Notes: generated by a model from the sequence alone, not told the origin. DNA of 64,000 nucleotides from Clostridia bacterium (GCA_040766025.1 JAXGRH010000001.1:195356-259355); one strand, 5' to 3'; numbered from the stretch's first letter, positions 20,199 to 30,334 are shown. Made by a program: numbers and translations.

Positions 20199-20283
20199 TG
20201 GTGGGGGAGAGTGGATTTGAACCACCGAAGTCGTTGACAACAGATTTACAGTCTGCCCCCTTTGGCCGCTCGGGAACTCCCCC
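20199..20283 (-). tRNA. tRNA-Tyr (anticodon GTA), CCA encoded
   Basis: Reverse complement GGGGGAGTTCCCGAGCGGCCAAAGGGGGCAGACTGTAAATCTGTT...GGTGGTTCAAATCCACTCTCCCCCACCA. Confidence 0.9.
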
Positions 20284-20297
20284 ATGATCTGTCATAA

Positions 20298-20374
20298 TGG
20301 TGGGCCATCAGGGACTTGAACCCCGGACCGACCGGTTATGAGCCGGCTGCTCTGACCAACTGAGCTAATGGCCC
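20298..20374 (-). tRNA. tRNA with CAT anticodon (elongator Met, or lysidine-modified Ile2)
   Basis: Reverse complement GGGCCATTAGCTCAGTTGGTCAGAGCAGCCGGCTCATAACCGGTCGGTCCGGGGTTCAAGTCCCTGATGGCCCACCA. The anticodon arm and T-arm resemble E. coli ileX as I recall it. Confidence 0.85.
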
Positions 20375-20399
20375 TTCTTGCCCTGAACGGCGCCACGTG

Positions 20400-20429
20400 A
20401 TTATATGGAACATCAATCACAATTGTCAA
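20400..20429 (-). promoter_or_regulatory. consensus promoter for the minus-strand tRNA operon
   Basis: On the minus strand: TTGACA (20429-20424), 18-nt spacer, TATAAT (20405-20400). About 25 nt upstream of the tRNA(CAT) 5' end. Confidence 0.65.
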
Positions 20430-20439
20430 GTGTTGGTGG

Positions 20440-20468
20440 TTGACGATTATTGTCCCGCCCCTTATGAT
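20440..20468 (+). promoter_or_regulatory. promoter for tRNA-Pro
   Basis: TTGACG (20440-20445), 17-nt spacer, TATGAT (20463-20468). 8 nt upstream of the tRNA-Pro 5' end. Confidence 0.6.
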
Positions 20469-20476
20469 GGTAGCCG

Positions 20477-20552
20477 CGAGGTGTGGCGCAGTTGGTAGCG
20501 CGCTTGCTTTGGGAGCAAGAAGCCGCAGGTTCAAGTCCTGTCACCTCGACCA
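20477..20552 (+). tRNA. tRNA-Pro (anticodon TGG), CCA encoded
   Basis: CGAGGTG-TGGCGCAGTTGGTAGCGCG-CTTGC-TTTGGGA-GCAAG-...GCAGGTTCAAGTCCTGT-CACCTCG-ACCA. Confidence 0.9.
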
Positions 20553-20658
20553 GATTATGTCCAAAAAGGGCATAAATAAAGAGCTCGCCTGTGCGGGCTC
20601 TTTGTCATTTCACCGAAGATTCAATACACTACTAGAAAAGGTTTTAATGGAGGACATT

Positions 20659-21483
20659 ATGAGTGATTTAACGACACGCATTGATTCGGCGGTTCGGTAT
20701 ATCCGTGAACAAACAGATGCCTTGCCACAGATGGCTTTAATCTTAGGTAGCGGTCTGGGCGATTTCGCGCACACGTTGGAAGAAGCGATCGTCATCTCGT
20801 TTTCAGACATCCCCGGTTTTCCGGTACCCACCGTGGAGGGGCACGCAGGTGCCTTTGTCATCGGGAAACATAAGGGTAAGACGGTCGCGGCCTTAAGCGG
20901 GCGCGTGCATTACTACGAAGGGCTCTCACAAAGAGAGATCACGATCCCGGTGCGTGTCTTGGCCAAACTCGGTGTGAAGACTGTGCTTTTAACAAACGCG
21001 GCCGGTGGCATTAATCTGGAGTTTTCATCCGGCGCCCTGATGCTGATTCGTGACCATATTAACTATTCCGGGCAAAATCCTTTGATCGGACCCAATCTTG
21101 AAGATTTTGGCCCCCGTTTTCCGGATATGACCGACTTATACACGAAGCAATTACGAGAAACACTGAAATCGGTCACCCAAAAAGAAGGTATCCATTTAGA
21201 GGAAGGTGTTTATGCCATGTACTCAGGGCCAAGCTACGAGACACCGGCTGAGATTCACATGTTGCGCGGCTTTGGCGCCGACGCGGTCGGCATGTCCACC
21301 GTCCCCGAGGCGATCGCGGCACGCCATAGCGGCATGCGGGTGATTGGAATCTCCTGCATTACGAATATGGCGGCAGGCGTCTTGGATCAACCTTTAAGCC
21401 ATGAAGAAGTTGTGGAAACGGCGCTTCGAGTGAAAGATACCTTCATTTGTGTGGTGTCGCTTGCCATCCAGCATTTTGCGTGA
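20659..21483 (+). CDS. punA: purine nucleoside phosphorylase (PunA / PNP-I type)
   Basis: RBS GGAGG 5 nt upstream of ATG 20659. LILGSGLG, PTVEGHAG, LSGRVHYYEG, LLTNAAGGIN, MYSGPSYETPAE, GADAVGMSTVPE. The longer ORF from 20440 overlaps tRNA-Pro and is rejected. Confidence 0.88.
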   Translation: MSDLTTRIDSAVRYIREQTDALPQMALILGSGLGDFAHTLEEAIVISFSDIPGFPVPTVEGHAGAFVIGKHKGKTVAALSGRVHYYEGLSQREITIPVRVLAKLGVKTVLLTNAAGGINLEFSSGALMLIRDHINYSGQNPLIGPNLEDFGPRFPDMTDLYTKQLRETLKSVTQKEGIHLEEGVYAMYSGPSYETPAEIHMLRGFGADAVGMSTVPEAIAARHSGMRVIGISCITNMAAGVLDQPLSHEEVVETALRVKDTFICVVSLAIQHFA

Positions 21484-21642
21484 CATATTATCGCTTCCGC
21501 GCTAAATGTGTATAATAGGACAGGAGGGGGCGTGTTGGCGTGATGGCGACTTCATGTTCACTTGCGGTGAATTTTCCCCTTTGATACAATTAGAGAAACT
21601 GTGCAGTAAAAACGACGCACAAATTCGCAATGGAGGAAAGAA

Positions 21643-24090
21643 ATGAAAAAATACCTAGCGATTCTATTAGCTGTCGTGTTGATGGTAGGTTTGGTTGCCT
21701 GCGGGCCGCCGGCAACACCTGATCCGACAGGCAGCGGCGAACCTACGGCAACGCCGACAGAGTCCGAAAAACCGGTTGAAGTTCTTCCGGATGTCCCGGC
21801 TAATCGTTATGACGCCAGAGAGACACCAAGAACGGGTAATAACGAAACCAATCCGCTCGTCGTCAGCGTGATGACAGTGGACGGCAAGTTCAGCCCCTTC
21901 TTCTACACCTCGGCATATGACAATGATGTTCAGGGCATGACACAGCTCGGACTGTTGTTCTATAACAAAGAGGGTGCGCCTGAGGCGGGTATTGATGCGC
22001 CTTGCTTGGCTTATGACTTTAGCCAGGAAGTGGCCTCTGACTCGTCCAGCTCAACTTATAAATTTGTCCTGAAAAATGGGATCAAGTTCAGTGACGGCGA
22101 GCCTATCACCGTAAAAGACGTGCTCTTCTCGATCTATGTTTTAGCGGATCCTCAATATGACGGTTCATCCACCTATTACACGATGCCCATCCAGGGCATG
22201 GCCGAGTATCGTCTCCAGACGAGTGCGGATGTCCTCGAAATGGTCGATGCTATTTTGGCCGCTGGCGTCACAGATGGTGACGATGGCGAGATGGTGATTA
22301 ACCCGGCCGCCGGCGTTTCTATGGATGTCCAGGAAAAATTCTGGAGCTACCTCGATGAAGCCGGTGCAGCCTTTGCGCAAGAAATCATTGACTATGTCTA
22401 CCAGAACTACGGCACACAGGCCTATGTTGAAGCGTACTTCTCAGATGTCTACACTATCGACGACATCGCCGCGAGCGATACCCTGAAGGCTGCCTACGGC
22501 ATGTCACTTTGGGGCTTTGGCGACTTCAACGATGACGGTCTTTTCGAAGATGTTTTGGGTAACACCTATGACGTCGAAGAAGACACCATCGATGCAAACG
22601 TTTATTGGGCGGCGATCCTGGGCGACTACGGCTATGACCTCTCAGACGACGGCATTAACTACGAGCAAGCCGGTGATCTTACCGTGCAGGACTACATCAC
22701 GGATCTCTACATCCAGAAAGAAGGCCAGATCGAAGGCGGCGTCCAGAGCATCAGCGGTATCACCACAGGTAAAGAGACCTCCGCAGACGGCGTTGAGAGA
22801 GACTACATCCAGATCGTACTGGACGGTGTTGACCCGACCGCCATCTTCAAGATGGGCATTGCGGTTGCCCCAGCTCACTACTACACCGAAGGCTACAGCG
22901 GCTCTCTCAATGAGATGAGCGTTGACCTCGATTCCAAAGAATTCATGGACTTCCTCAAGACGAAGAACGTGAAACCGGTCGGCGCGGGCCCCTACATCTT
23001 TGAAGAATACAAAGATAACGTGGTGACCTACACCGCCAACGACGACTTCTTGCTCGGTTCGCCGAGAATCAAGACCTTCCGTTATCAGGAAATCGCGGGC
23101 GGCTCAGAGCTTGACTCCATCCTGACCGACACGGTTCACTACACCGATCCTTCCGCCAGCATGACGATCATCAACGACATCACGGAAGGTTCCGGCGACT
23201 ACGCGAAACTCGAGTACACCCTGGTTGACAACGATGGCTACGGCTACATCGGCATCCAATCTCAGGCCATCCCCGAGTTCGAAGTCAGAAAAGCGCTGGC
23301 ACATGCGTTTAACGTACAGCTGGCTGTTGACAACTACTATCAGGAGCTGGCAAGCGCCAACTACCGCACCATGACAAAAGTCCTCTGGGCGTATCCTGAT
23401 AACCCCGAGAACATGTTCCCCTTCGACGAGACGGGCGAAACCTCCAAGGCACTGTTCCTTGAGGCCGGCTACCTCTATGACGAAGACAAGAACATCATGA
23501 GCTATCCTGAGGGCCACGAAAAAGAAGGCCAGCAGGTGACCATCAAGTTCACACTGCCGATGGGCGCCTCCGATCACCCGGCCGGCTCCATCTTCATCGA
23601 GACACAGGAAATCCTCGAAAGCATTGGCGTTAAAGTGGATCTTGATATCGACGAGAACTTGCTCAACAAACTCAGCACCTCTTACGATTCAGGCATTCAG
23701 GTCTGGGCAGCTGCCTGGGGCGGCGGCGGGGTTGACCCCGACATGTTCCAGATTTGGTACTCCGATCCGGCCGTCAACCAGGGCAACTCGAACACGGGCC
23801 TGTTCTGGCTGTTCCAGAATGGTTCGGACGAAGAAAAAGCCATGCTGACCGAGCTCAACGAACTCATCATCGCGGGCCGCTCAACACTTGACACCGAAGA
23901 GAGAAAGGCGATTTACAAACGCGCTCTTGAACTCTCCACGGGCCTTGCGGTTGAAATCCCGACCTACCAGAGAAAGAATATGTTTGTATTCAACGCCGAT
24001 GTCATCAACGCGGACACCCTGTTCAGCGGTGAGGATGTCACCCCCTTCCAGTCGCCTTTGAGCTTCATCTGGAATGTTGAACTGAACTAA
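21643..24090 (+). CDS. ABC transporter substrate-binding lipoprotein, peptide/nickel (family 5) type, unusually long (815 aa)
   Basis: Lipobox LVACG. Family-5 style blocks (FSDGEPITVKDVLFS, KPVGAGPYIFEEY) and a C-terminal lobe. Heads an OppBCDF-like operon. Confidence 0.75.
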   Translation: MKKYLAILLAVVLMVGLVACGPPATPDPTGSGEPTATPTESEKPVEVLPDVPANRYDARETPRTGNNETNPLVVSVMTVDGKFSPFFYTSAYDNDVQGMTQLGLLFYNKEGAPEAGIDAPCLAYDFSQEVASDSSSSTYKFVLKNGIKFSDGEPITVKDVLFSIYVLADPQYDGSSTYYTMPIQGMAEYRLQTSADVLEMVDAILAAGVTDGDDGEMVINPAAGVSMDVQEKFWSYLDEAGAAFAQEIIDYVYQNYGTQAYVEAYFSDVYTIDDIAASDTLKAAYGMSLWGFGDFNDDGLFEDVLGNTYDVEEDTIDANVYWAAILGDYGYDLSDDGINYEQAGDLTVQDYITDLYIQKEGQIEGGVQSISGITTGKETSADGVERDYIQIVLDGVDPTAIFKMGIAVAPAHYYTEGYSGSLNEMSVDLDSKEFMDFLKTKNVKPVGAGPYIFEEYKDNVVTYTANDDFLLGSPRIKTFRYQEIAGGSELDSILTDTVHYTDPSASMTIINDITEGSGDYAKLEYTLVDNDGYGYIGIQSQAIPEFEVRKALAHAFNVQLAVDNYYQELASANYRTMTKVLWAYPDNPENMFPFDETGETSKALFLEAGYLYDEDKNIMSYPEGHEKEGQQVTIKFTLPMGASDHPAGSIFIETQEILESIGVKVDLDIDENLLNKLSTSYDSGIQVWAAAWGGGGVDPDMFQIWYSDPAVNQGNSNTGLFWLFQNGSDEEKAMLTELNELIIAGRSTLDTEERKAIYKRALELSTGLAVEIPTYQRKNMFVFNADVINADTLFSGEDVTPFQSPLSFIWNVELN

Positions 24091-24130
24091 GTATTTTTCG
24101 AACGAATGTCACGTACTTGACATAGAAAAA

Positions 24131-24165
24131 GTGCAAGGCCGAGGCCGTAAGGCTTGGCCTTGCAC
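24131..24165 (+). promoter_or_regulatory. intercistronic stem-loop after the binding-protein gene (attenuator or mRNA stabiliser)
   Basis: GTGCAAGGCC (24131-24140) pairs with GGCCTTGCAC (24156-24165), with further pairing inside. No U-tract. Confidence 0.45.
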
Positions 24166-24212
24166 TCTATTATGTGTTAATCAACTTTTATATTGAATAT
24201 TGAGGCTTTACG

Positions 24213-25211
24213 ATGTGGACGTATTTGTTGAAGCGAATAGGGCTCGCCCTGGTCATCCTCATAGGCGCGTCGGCACTCATCTATATGTTGACTATGATGA
24301 TGCCCGCCGACTATATCGATAACCAAACAGCGGCCGCCGTTCAAAACGGTTCCATGACATTGGAAGATGTCATGCGTTTGAAAGAACTGTACGGTTTGGC
24401 GGATAAAAGTGTTGGGGGCATCGCTAAAAGCTATGGTAAATGGCTCACGAGTGCCCTTAGTGGTGATCTGGGGTTCTCATTCCTTTACGGGAGAACCGTT
24501 TCAAGTGTTTTGAAGGATTATATTTGGATTTCCTTTTTTATTGCGTTGTTCTCATTTGTGATTGAAATAATTATCGCGATACCGATGGGGATCAAGGCCG
24601 CTGTGAACCAATACAGCGCTTACGATTACACGGTCTCTGTGTTTGCGATGGCGGGCACCGCCTTGCCATCCTTCTTCTTATCGGCGCTGTTAATGAACCT
24701 GTTGGCAATACGGCTGAGGATATTCCCATTACAAGGGCTGACTACGGCCACCAAAGTGTTCGCCCAGGATGCTCATCTTGCGATCTTCCTCGATAAGGCC
24801 TGGCATCTTGTCTTGCCTATCATGGTCCTCACGCTGTTGGGGATCGGCGGGACGATGAAATTTACCAGAACTAATATGCTCGAAGTCATGAACTCTGATT
24901 ACATCCGCACCGCGCGAGCGAAGGGATTGTCCGAGCGTACGGTCACGTACAAACATGCCTTCAGAAACACCATGATACCCCTTGTGACGTCGCTTTCAGG
25001 CATGCTGCCCGGTTTGTTCGGAGGGGCGATGATTACTGAATCCGTTTTCTCGATACCCGGCATCGGAACGATGGCCTTGCGGGCGACCCAGCAAGGCGAT
25101 ATTCCATTTATCATGGGCTACAACATGTTTTTATCAATCCTCACCGTGACCGGAATGTTGATCTCAGACATGATGTACATGGTTGTTGACCCGCGCGTCA
25201 AATTGAAATAG
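24213..25211 (+). CDS. ABC transporter permease (OppB/DppB-like)
   Basis: Six TM segments. EAA-region motif SDYIRTARAKGLSERTVTYKHAFRN. Confidence 0.85.
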   Translation: MWTYLLKRIGLALVILIGASALIYMLTMMMPADYIDNQTAAAVQNGSMTLEDVMRLKELYGLADKSVGGIAKSYGKWLTSALSGDLGFSFLYGRTVSSVLKDYIWISFFIALFSFVIEIIIAIPMGIKAAVNQYSAYDYTVSVFAMAGTALPSFFLSALLMNLLAIRLRIFPLQGLTTATKVFAQDAHLAIFLDKAWHLVLPIMVLTLLGIGGTMKFTRTNMLEVMNSDYIRTARAKGLSERTVTYKHAFRNTMIPLVTSLSGMLPGLFGGAMITESVFSIPGIGTMALRATQQGDIPFIMGYNMFLSILTVTGMLISDMMYMVVDPRVKLK

Positions 25212-25231
25212 AGGGGAGAGGCGTTATTCCA

Positions 25232-26287
25232 ATGGACGAACATAAACAAGAATCAATTGATCTCACCGAATTTTCAGACGCAGATCTCGAGCAACATTTT
25301 CGAGTCATCTCACCTGGTCGGATGGTTGCCAAACGCTTCTTCAAAAGCAAATTGTCAATCGTCGGCTTAGCGATGATTATTTTCGTGTTCCTCTTCTCCT
25401 TTGTGGGGCCCATGGTCGTCAAAGCGACTTGGGGTTACGGAGAAACACAAGTCTTTAAAGTAGAACGCGAAACGGACATGGTGACCGTCGCCAAGTTCAA
25501 AGCAGCCGATGGCAAGGACTATCATTACTACGATCGTTCGAAAACGACGATCCTGTTTAAGGCCCCCATCTCGGCGGATCACTGGCTTGGCACTGACACC
25601 TCCGGTTTTGATATATTTATCAGGCTCATGCACGGCGGCCGCATCTCACTCATCATCTCCTTTATTGTCATCTTCCTTGAGACCCTTATAGGCGTGGTGT
25701 TGGGCGGCGTTGCAGGCTACTTTGGCAAATGGGTTGACCAACTCATCATGCGTATAGTCGATATCTTTGCCTGTCTGCCGACTTTACCGATCCTATTGAT
25801 CCTGTCCGCTACGATCAGTTCCATTGAGGCAATACCCGCCGAGCACCGCATCTATTACCTGATGGGCTTTATTACGCTCTTAGGCTGGACGGGTGTCGCG
25901 CGAATAGTACGCGGCCAGATCTTGATGCTGCGTGAGCAAGAATACATGTTGGCCGCTGAAACAACGGGGATCAGCGCCTTTCACAAAATATTCAGACATC
26001 TCATCCCGAATACGATGCCCCAGCTTATTGTCAGCGCGACCTTAGGATTAGGCGGCATCATCCTCTACGAGTCAACGCTGTCCTATTTAAGTCTCGGCGT
26101 TCCGTTCCCGCGCGCAGCCTGGGGCTCCATGATCGCTCTGGCCGATCCTTCCAAAGGTCAGGAGATCTTAGCGTATTACCCGAACATGTGGGTGCCCGCC
26201 GGAATTTTGATCGTCGTCACGGTGTTAGGATTCAGCTTTATCGGTGACGGGCTGAGAGATGCTTTCGATCCCAGAATGAAGAGATAA
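25232..26287 (+). CDS. ABC transporter permease (OppC/DppC-like)
   Basis: N-terminal TM segment + extracytoplasmic loop, HWLGTDTSGFDIF, EYMLAAETTGISAFHKIFRHLIPN. Confidence 0.85.
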   Translation: MDEHKQESIDLTEFSDADLEQHFRVISPGRMVAKRFFKSKLSIVGLAMIIFVFLFSFVGPMVVKATWGYGETQVFKVERETDMVTVAKFKAADGKDYHYYDRSKTTILFKAPISADHWLGTDTSGFDIFIRLMHGGRISLIISFIVIFLETLIGVVLGGVAGYFGKWVDQLIMRIVDIFACLPTLPILLILSATISSIEAIPAEHRIYYLMGFITLLGWTGVARIVRGQILMLREQEYMLAAETTGISAFHKIFRHLIPNTMPQLIVSATLGLGGIILYESTLSYLSLGVPFPRAAWGSMIALADPSKGQEILAYYPNMWVPAGILIVVTVLGFSFIGDGLRDAFDPRMKR

Positions 26288-26288
26288 G

Positions 26289-27515
26289 GTGCGTACGGTG
26301 AATATTAAGCGATTTTTTACCAGAAAAACGGTTGAAGATGAGAGCAATCCACTCTACTTGACCCTGCGCGAAGAAATGCGCATCAGCCGTGAGAATAACA
26401 AAATAATCAAGCGTTTTGAAAAGGCAAAAGCCCGAAAGAACGTCCCGGAAGAAGAATACCTGACGACCATGAAAAATCCTGACAATGTCGTCGAGTTCGA
26501 AGACCTTCACACATTCTTTTTCACCGATGTCGGGACCGTTAAGGCGGTGAATGGCGTGTCCTTTGACGTGCCCCAGGGAAAAATAGTGGGCATTGTCGGG
26601 GAGTCCGGCTGCGGCAAGTCCGTCACAAGCCTTTCGTTAATGCAATTGGTCCAGGAACCGCAAGGTCAAATTGTGAAAGGCAGCATCCGCTACCGCGCGT
26701 CCAATGGCAAAACCTATGAAATCACCAAGATGCCGCGCAACCGTATGCTCCAAATTCGCGGCAATGATATCGCCATGATCTTCCAGGAGCCGATGACCAG
26801 CCTCAATCCTGTTTTCCGTATCGGAGAACAGATGGATGAGGTCGTCCTACTGCACGTTGAAGGCGCGACCGAAAAATCCGCGAAAGCCCGGAGCATTGAA
26901 ATGTTAAAACTGGTCGGCATCGCGATGCCCGAGAAAATCTACGACCAATACCCGCATGAGCTCTCAGGCGGTATGCGCCAAAGAGTCATGATCGCGATGG
27001 CGCTTTCCTGTGACCCGCGGCTCATCATCGCGGACGAACCGACCACCGCCCTGGACGTCACCATACAGGCGCAGATATTGGAACTGCTGCGTGAAATCAA
27101 AGACAAAATTAACGGTAGCATCATGCTCATCACCCATGACCTCGGCGTCATTGCCGAAATGGCCGACTTGGTGGTCGTGATGTACGCGGGGCGTATTATC
27201 GAACAGGGCACTGTGCGTGAAATATTCCATCACCCCAAGCACCCTTATACGATCGGCCTGATGCGTTCCAAACCTTCCGGCAAAACGGTCGATAACCGCC
27301 TTTACAGTATTAAAGGGCAGGTTCCGAACCCCATCAACATGCCGGATCATTGTTACTTCTTGAACCGCTGCGATCGCGTGCAGCCCGAATGCCTCGGCGA
27401 GTATCCGCCGATGTTCTGGCATTCGCCTGACCACTGCGCGGCATGTTACTGGAGTAAAACGGGCGAACTCTGTGACGATGAAGGGGAAAGAGAGAAGGAA
27501 TCTAACGATGAATAA
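26289..27515 (+). CDS. ABC transporter ATP-binding protein (OppD-like). Start uncertain: GTG 26289, or an internal ATG such as 26469
   Basis: Walker A GESGCGKSV, signature LSGGMRQRV, Walker B IIADEPTTALD, H-loop ITHDL. C-terminal oligopeptide-type Cys-containing tail. Confidence 0.85.
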   Translation: MRTVNIKRFFTRKTVEDESNPLYLTLREEMRISRENNKIIKRFEKAKARKNVPEEEYLTTMKNPDNVVEFEDLHTFFFTDVGTVKAVNGVSFDVPQGKIVGIVGESGCGKSVTSLSLMQLVQEPQGQIVKGSIRYRASNGKTYEITKMPRNRMLQIRGNDIAMIFQEPMTSLNPVFRIGEQMDEVVLLHVEGATEKSAKARSIEMLKLVGIAMPEKIYDQYPHELSGGMRQRVMIAMALSCDPRLIIADEPTTALDVTIQAQILELLREIKDKINGSIMLITHDLGVIAEMADLVVVMYAGRIIEQGTVREIFHHPKHPYTIGLMRSKPSGKTVDNRLYSIKGQVPNPINMPDHCYFLNRCDRVQPECLGEYPPMFWHSPDHCAACYWSKTGELCDDEGEREKESNDE

Positions 27516-28512
27516 CGCGATGACTCATGAAACGAAAGATGATTCAAACATCCTCGTCGTTCGCAATCTAAAGAAATATTACCCGCTCTCGAAGGTCGCT
27601 CTCGGGAAAAGGCGTTCCTACGTCAAGGCCGTCGATGACGTCTCTTTTGAGATCGAGCGCGGCACGACGATGGGCCTGGTCGGTGAGTCGGGCTGCGGTA
27701 AGACAACGGTCGGGCGTACCATATTGCGGCTCCATGATGTGACGGGCGGGGAAGTTTTCTTTGAAGGTCAAAACCTTGCCAATCTTTCTCGCCGTGAACT
27801 TCGTAGATTAAGACCTGACATCCAGATGATCTTCCAAGACCCCTACTCGAGCCTTTCGCCCCGCATGCCGGTCGGTGAGATCATCGGCGAGGCTGTGCGT
27901 CAGCATAAAATCGTACCGAAATCCCGCTATAAGGCTCACGTCCTGAAGGTCATGAGCGACTGCGGGCTGCAACCACAGCATTTTTACCGATATCCGCATG
28001 AATTTTCAGGCGGACAAAGGCAGCGTATCTCCATCGCGCGCGCCGTCGCGCTGATGCCGAAGTTTATTATCTGTGACGAACCCTTGAGCGCCTTGGACGT
28101 GTCCATTCAGGCCCAAATCATCAACCTGATGAAGGACTTGCAGGAAGAATACGGATACACCTATCTGTTTATTTCGCATGACCTGTCGGTGGTTGAATAC
28201 CTGTCGGATACCATCGCCGTCATGTACTTGGGTAACATTATGGAGATGGGGGATAAGAAGAAGATCTTCGAAAACCCGATGCATCCTTATACGGAGGCCT
28301 TGCTTTCCGCGGTTCCTGTATCGGATCCCGATGTAAAAATGGATCGCATCATCTTGAAAGGCGATATCCCGAGCCCGGTCAACCCGCCCTCAGGCTGCAA
28401 GTTCAGAACGCGTTGCCCGAAGGTCATGGATATTTGCGCCAAGGTAGCGCCGAAATTCAAAGAGTACGAGCCGGGGCACTGTGTGGCCTGCCACCTGTAT
28501 AGCCAAGATTAA
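27508..28512 (+). CDS. ABC transporter ATP-binding protein (OppF-like)
   Basis: Walker [10 protein letters not shown], signature FSGGQRQRI, Walker [20 protein letters not shown] 27508 overlaps the upstream stop (ATGAATAA). Confidence 0.85.
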   Translation: MNNAMTHETKDDSNILVVRNLKKYYPLSKVALGKRRSYVKAVDDVSFEIERGTTMGLVGESGCGKTTVGRTILRLHDVTGGEVFFEGQNLANLSRRELRRLRPDIQMIFQDPYSSLSPRMPVGEIIGEAVRQHKIVPKSRYKAHVLKVMSDCGLQPQHFYRYPHEFSGGQRQRISIARAVALMPKFIICDEPLSALDVSIQAQIINLMKDLQEEYGYTYLFISHDLSVVEYLSDTIAVMYLGNIMEMGDKKKIFENPMHPYTEALLSAVPVSDPDVKMDRIILKGDIPSPVNPPSGCKFRTRCPKVMDICAKVAPKFKEYEPGHCVACHLYSQD

Positions 28513-28536
28513 TTGTGAGATAAAGGACCTGAGCAC

Positions 28537-28806
28537 GTGAGCGACAAAAAGAGAAAACAGCGCTTTGAAGATGACGGCCGCGTCATCGCGGACATGTCCA
28601 TCGCGGGCATGCCGTCGTCTGTCTTGAGTCGTAAACAAAAACAAATCCCCGTGAAAAAAGAAGAGGGCGAAAAAGAAGAGCTCACAAAACATGAACGCCG
28701 CGCCATCATATGGGGTGTGATCACTTCACACCTCGCGTTCGCGCTCATCATCATCGTGCTCTTTACACTTTTTGTACTGTTTTGTGTACACGTGTGGTTG
28801 AAATAG
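28537..28806 (+). CDS. hypothetical small membrane protein (89 aa: basic N-terminus, one C-terminal TM segment)
   Basis: ORF only. GTG start with a weak RBS. C-terminal hydrophobic stretch IIWGVITSHLAFALIIIVLFTLFVLFCV. Confidence 0.4.
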   Translation: MSDKKRKQRFEDDGRVIADMSIAGMPSSVLSRKQKQIPVKKEEGEKEELTKHERRAIIWGVITSHLAFALIIIVLFTLFVLFCVHVWLK

Positions 28807-28834
28807 TGACATTGGATGAAGGGAAGAAAATGAG

Positions 28835-30334
28835 ATGAAGCTATCGCTAGGGAAGTTTCGCATCTTTTTTATCATCATAACGCTCATCGTTGTGATGCTG
28901 TTAGGCGCTTGCAGCGGCCGTGAAACCTCGATCGACCCAGGCGCGTGGGGCTACGACTGTGTCGTGACCTATGACGCGCTCGGAGGGACGGTCAACCAAC
29001 GCGGCGTACGCACGACCTATTACATGAAGAACTCTTATTTATTCGCGCCTGCCGGCACGACCAATATGCTGATCGAGCCTGTGCGCGACGGCTACGCGCT
29101 GGCCGGCTGGTATGTGGCTAAAGAAGACATCGTAGACGCCAATGGCGAAGTAACCGGTTATGCCTTTAAGGCAGAAGATCGTTGGGATTTTGACGAGGAT
29201 CGCGTACAAGAAGACATGACACTCTACGCGCGCTGGATCCCCCGGGGTCACGTTGATTACGTCGACGCGACGACGGGCGCTGTGATGTTCTCTAAAAACC
29301 TCTCAGCCGACTCCGCGGTGCAGGAATTGACGGGTGCGACCGAATCGCTGATCCACAAAGACGGCTACACCTTTTTGGGCTACTACGAAGATGAAGCGCT
29401 CACCACGCCTTATGACTTTTCCGTGTACGTTTTCAGTGAATTAATCCCGACCAAGCAAGACGTTTACGACATCTTAGCCGAAGAATTTCCTTCGCTTTTC
29501 ACGGCGGTGGAATACGTCGAACCCGAGAAGACAGAAGATGATGAAGAAGGCGTTGAGGAGATCATCGATACCTCTGACCTTTTTATCAATAAACTCGGAT
29601 ACGAGTTGGACGCGACCGAAGAGGAACGCGCCATGATTCGGGCGAGAAAAGATGAAATCTTTGAAAAATCTATCGCGGACTACGAACAGAATTCCGGACA
29701 AATCACAGTCTACCTCAAGTACATCGAAGGCAACTACGCGCGCATCGGCCACCTCGATGACCTCTACATCGATCGCAAATACGCGTTCACCGGATTGGAT
29801 CGCTACAAAAACGAAGTGGAAGGGTATATTTTCACCCAAGACATCGATTTTTCAGGTGTGACCGTCGATATGGCCGAACAATTTAACGGCGTCATCCTCG
29901 GCAACAATCACCGTTTAAAAAACATCACGATCTCGGCATCCAGCAAGAAAGTTGACCCGGATAAAGAAAAATTTGTCGGTTTGTTCCGCGAGCTCAAAGA
30001 CGCGACGATCCAAGACATTACCTTTGAAAACTTGACCGTCAAGCTGAACGTCAACACCGGCATCCGTGTCGATGTCGGCGCGCTTGCTTTATCGGCTGAA
30101 AATGTCACCCTCTCAAACGTCAGATTCGATGGTTTGACCATCATCAGCGGTAAAGGTGATGACGGGGCCGCACGGTATCGCCTGGCCGATCTCTTCTTGA
30201 GTCAGAGAAATGTGAAGTTGACGAATGTTACGGCGGATAACATCGATATTCAGGCTTCTCCTGCCGCGCAGATCAACAGCTACTTTGGCTTTGAAATCAG
30301 GGTCGAAGAAGAACCCGTTGTACCTGAAGAATAA
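28835..30334 (+). CDS. hypothetical surface lipoprotein with Listeria-Bacteroides-type (Flg_new) repeats and a beta-helix-like C-terminal domain
   Basis: Lipobox LLGACSG. Repeat signatures YDALGGTV...GYALAGWY and GYTFLGYYEDEALTTPYDF. C-terminal periodic segments NITISAS / ITFENLTVKLNV / VTLSNVRFDGLTI / VKLTNVTADNIDI. Confidence 0.6.
   Translation: MKLSLGKFRIFFIIITLIVVMLLGACSGRETSIDPGAWGYDCVVTYDALGGTVNQRGVRTTYYMKNSYLFAPAGTTNMLIEPVRDGYALAGWYVAKEDIVDANGEVTGYAFKAEDRWDFDEDRVQEDMTLYARWIPRGHVDYVDATTGAVMFSKNLSADSAVQELTGATESLIHKDGYTFLGYYEDEALTTPYDFSVYVFSELIPTKQDVYDILAEEFPSLFTAVEYVEPEKTEDDEEGVEEIIDTSDLFINKLGYELDATEEERAMIRARKDEIFEKSIADYEQNSGQITVYLKYIEGNYARIGHLDDLYIDRKYAFTGLDRYKNEVEGYIFTQDIDFSGVTVDMAEQFNGVILGNNHRLKNITISASSKKVDPDKEKFVGLFRELKDATIQDITFENLTVKLNVNTGIRVDVGALALSAENVTLSNVRFDGLTIISGKGDDGAARYRLADLFLSQRNVKLTNVTADNIDIQASPAAQINSYFGFEIRVEEEPVVPEE

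Noticed and set aside
20440-20658. Upstream part of ORF 20440..21483 (an extended punA).
   Set aside because: It overlaps tRNA-Pro and its promoter. The PNP homology begins at MSDLTTRID, with GGAGG 5 nt upstream of ATG 20659.
21484-21642. Possible riboswitch or leader upstream of the ABC binding-protein gene (159-nt gap with a TATAAT at 21511-21516).
   Set aside because: I could not match it to any riboswitch or T-box consensus. No convincing -35 box sits at a proper distance, and there is no terminator/antiterminator pair. It is left unannotated.
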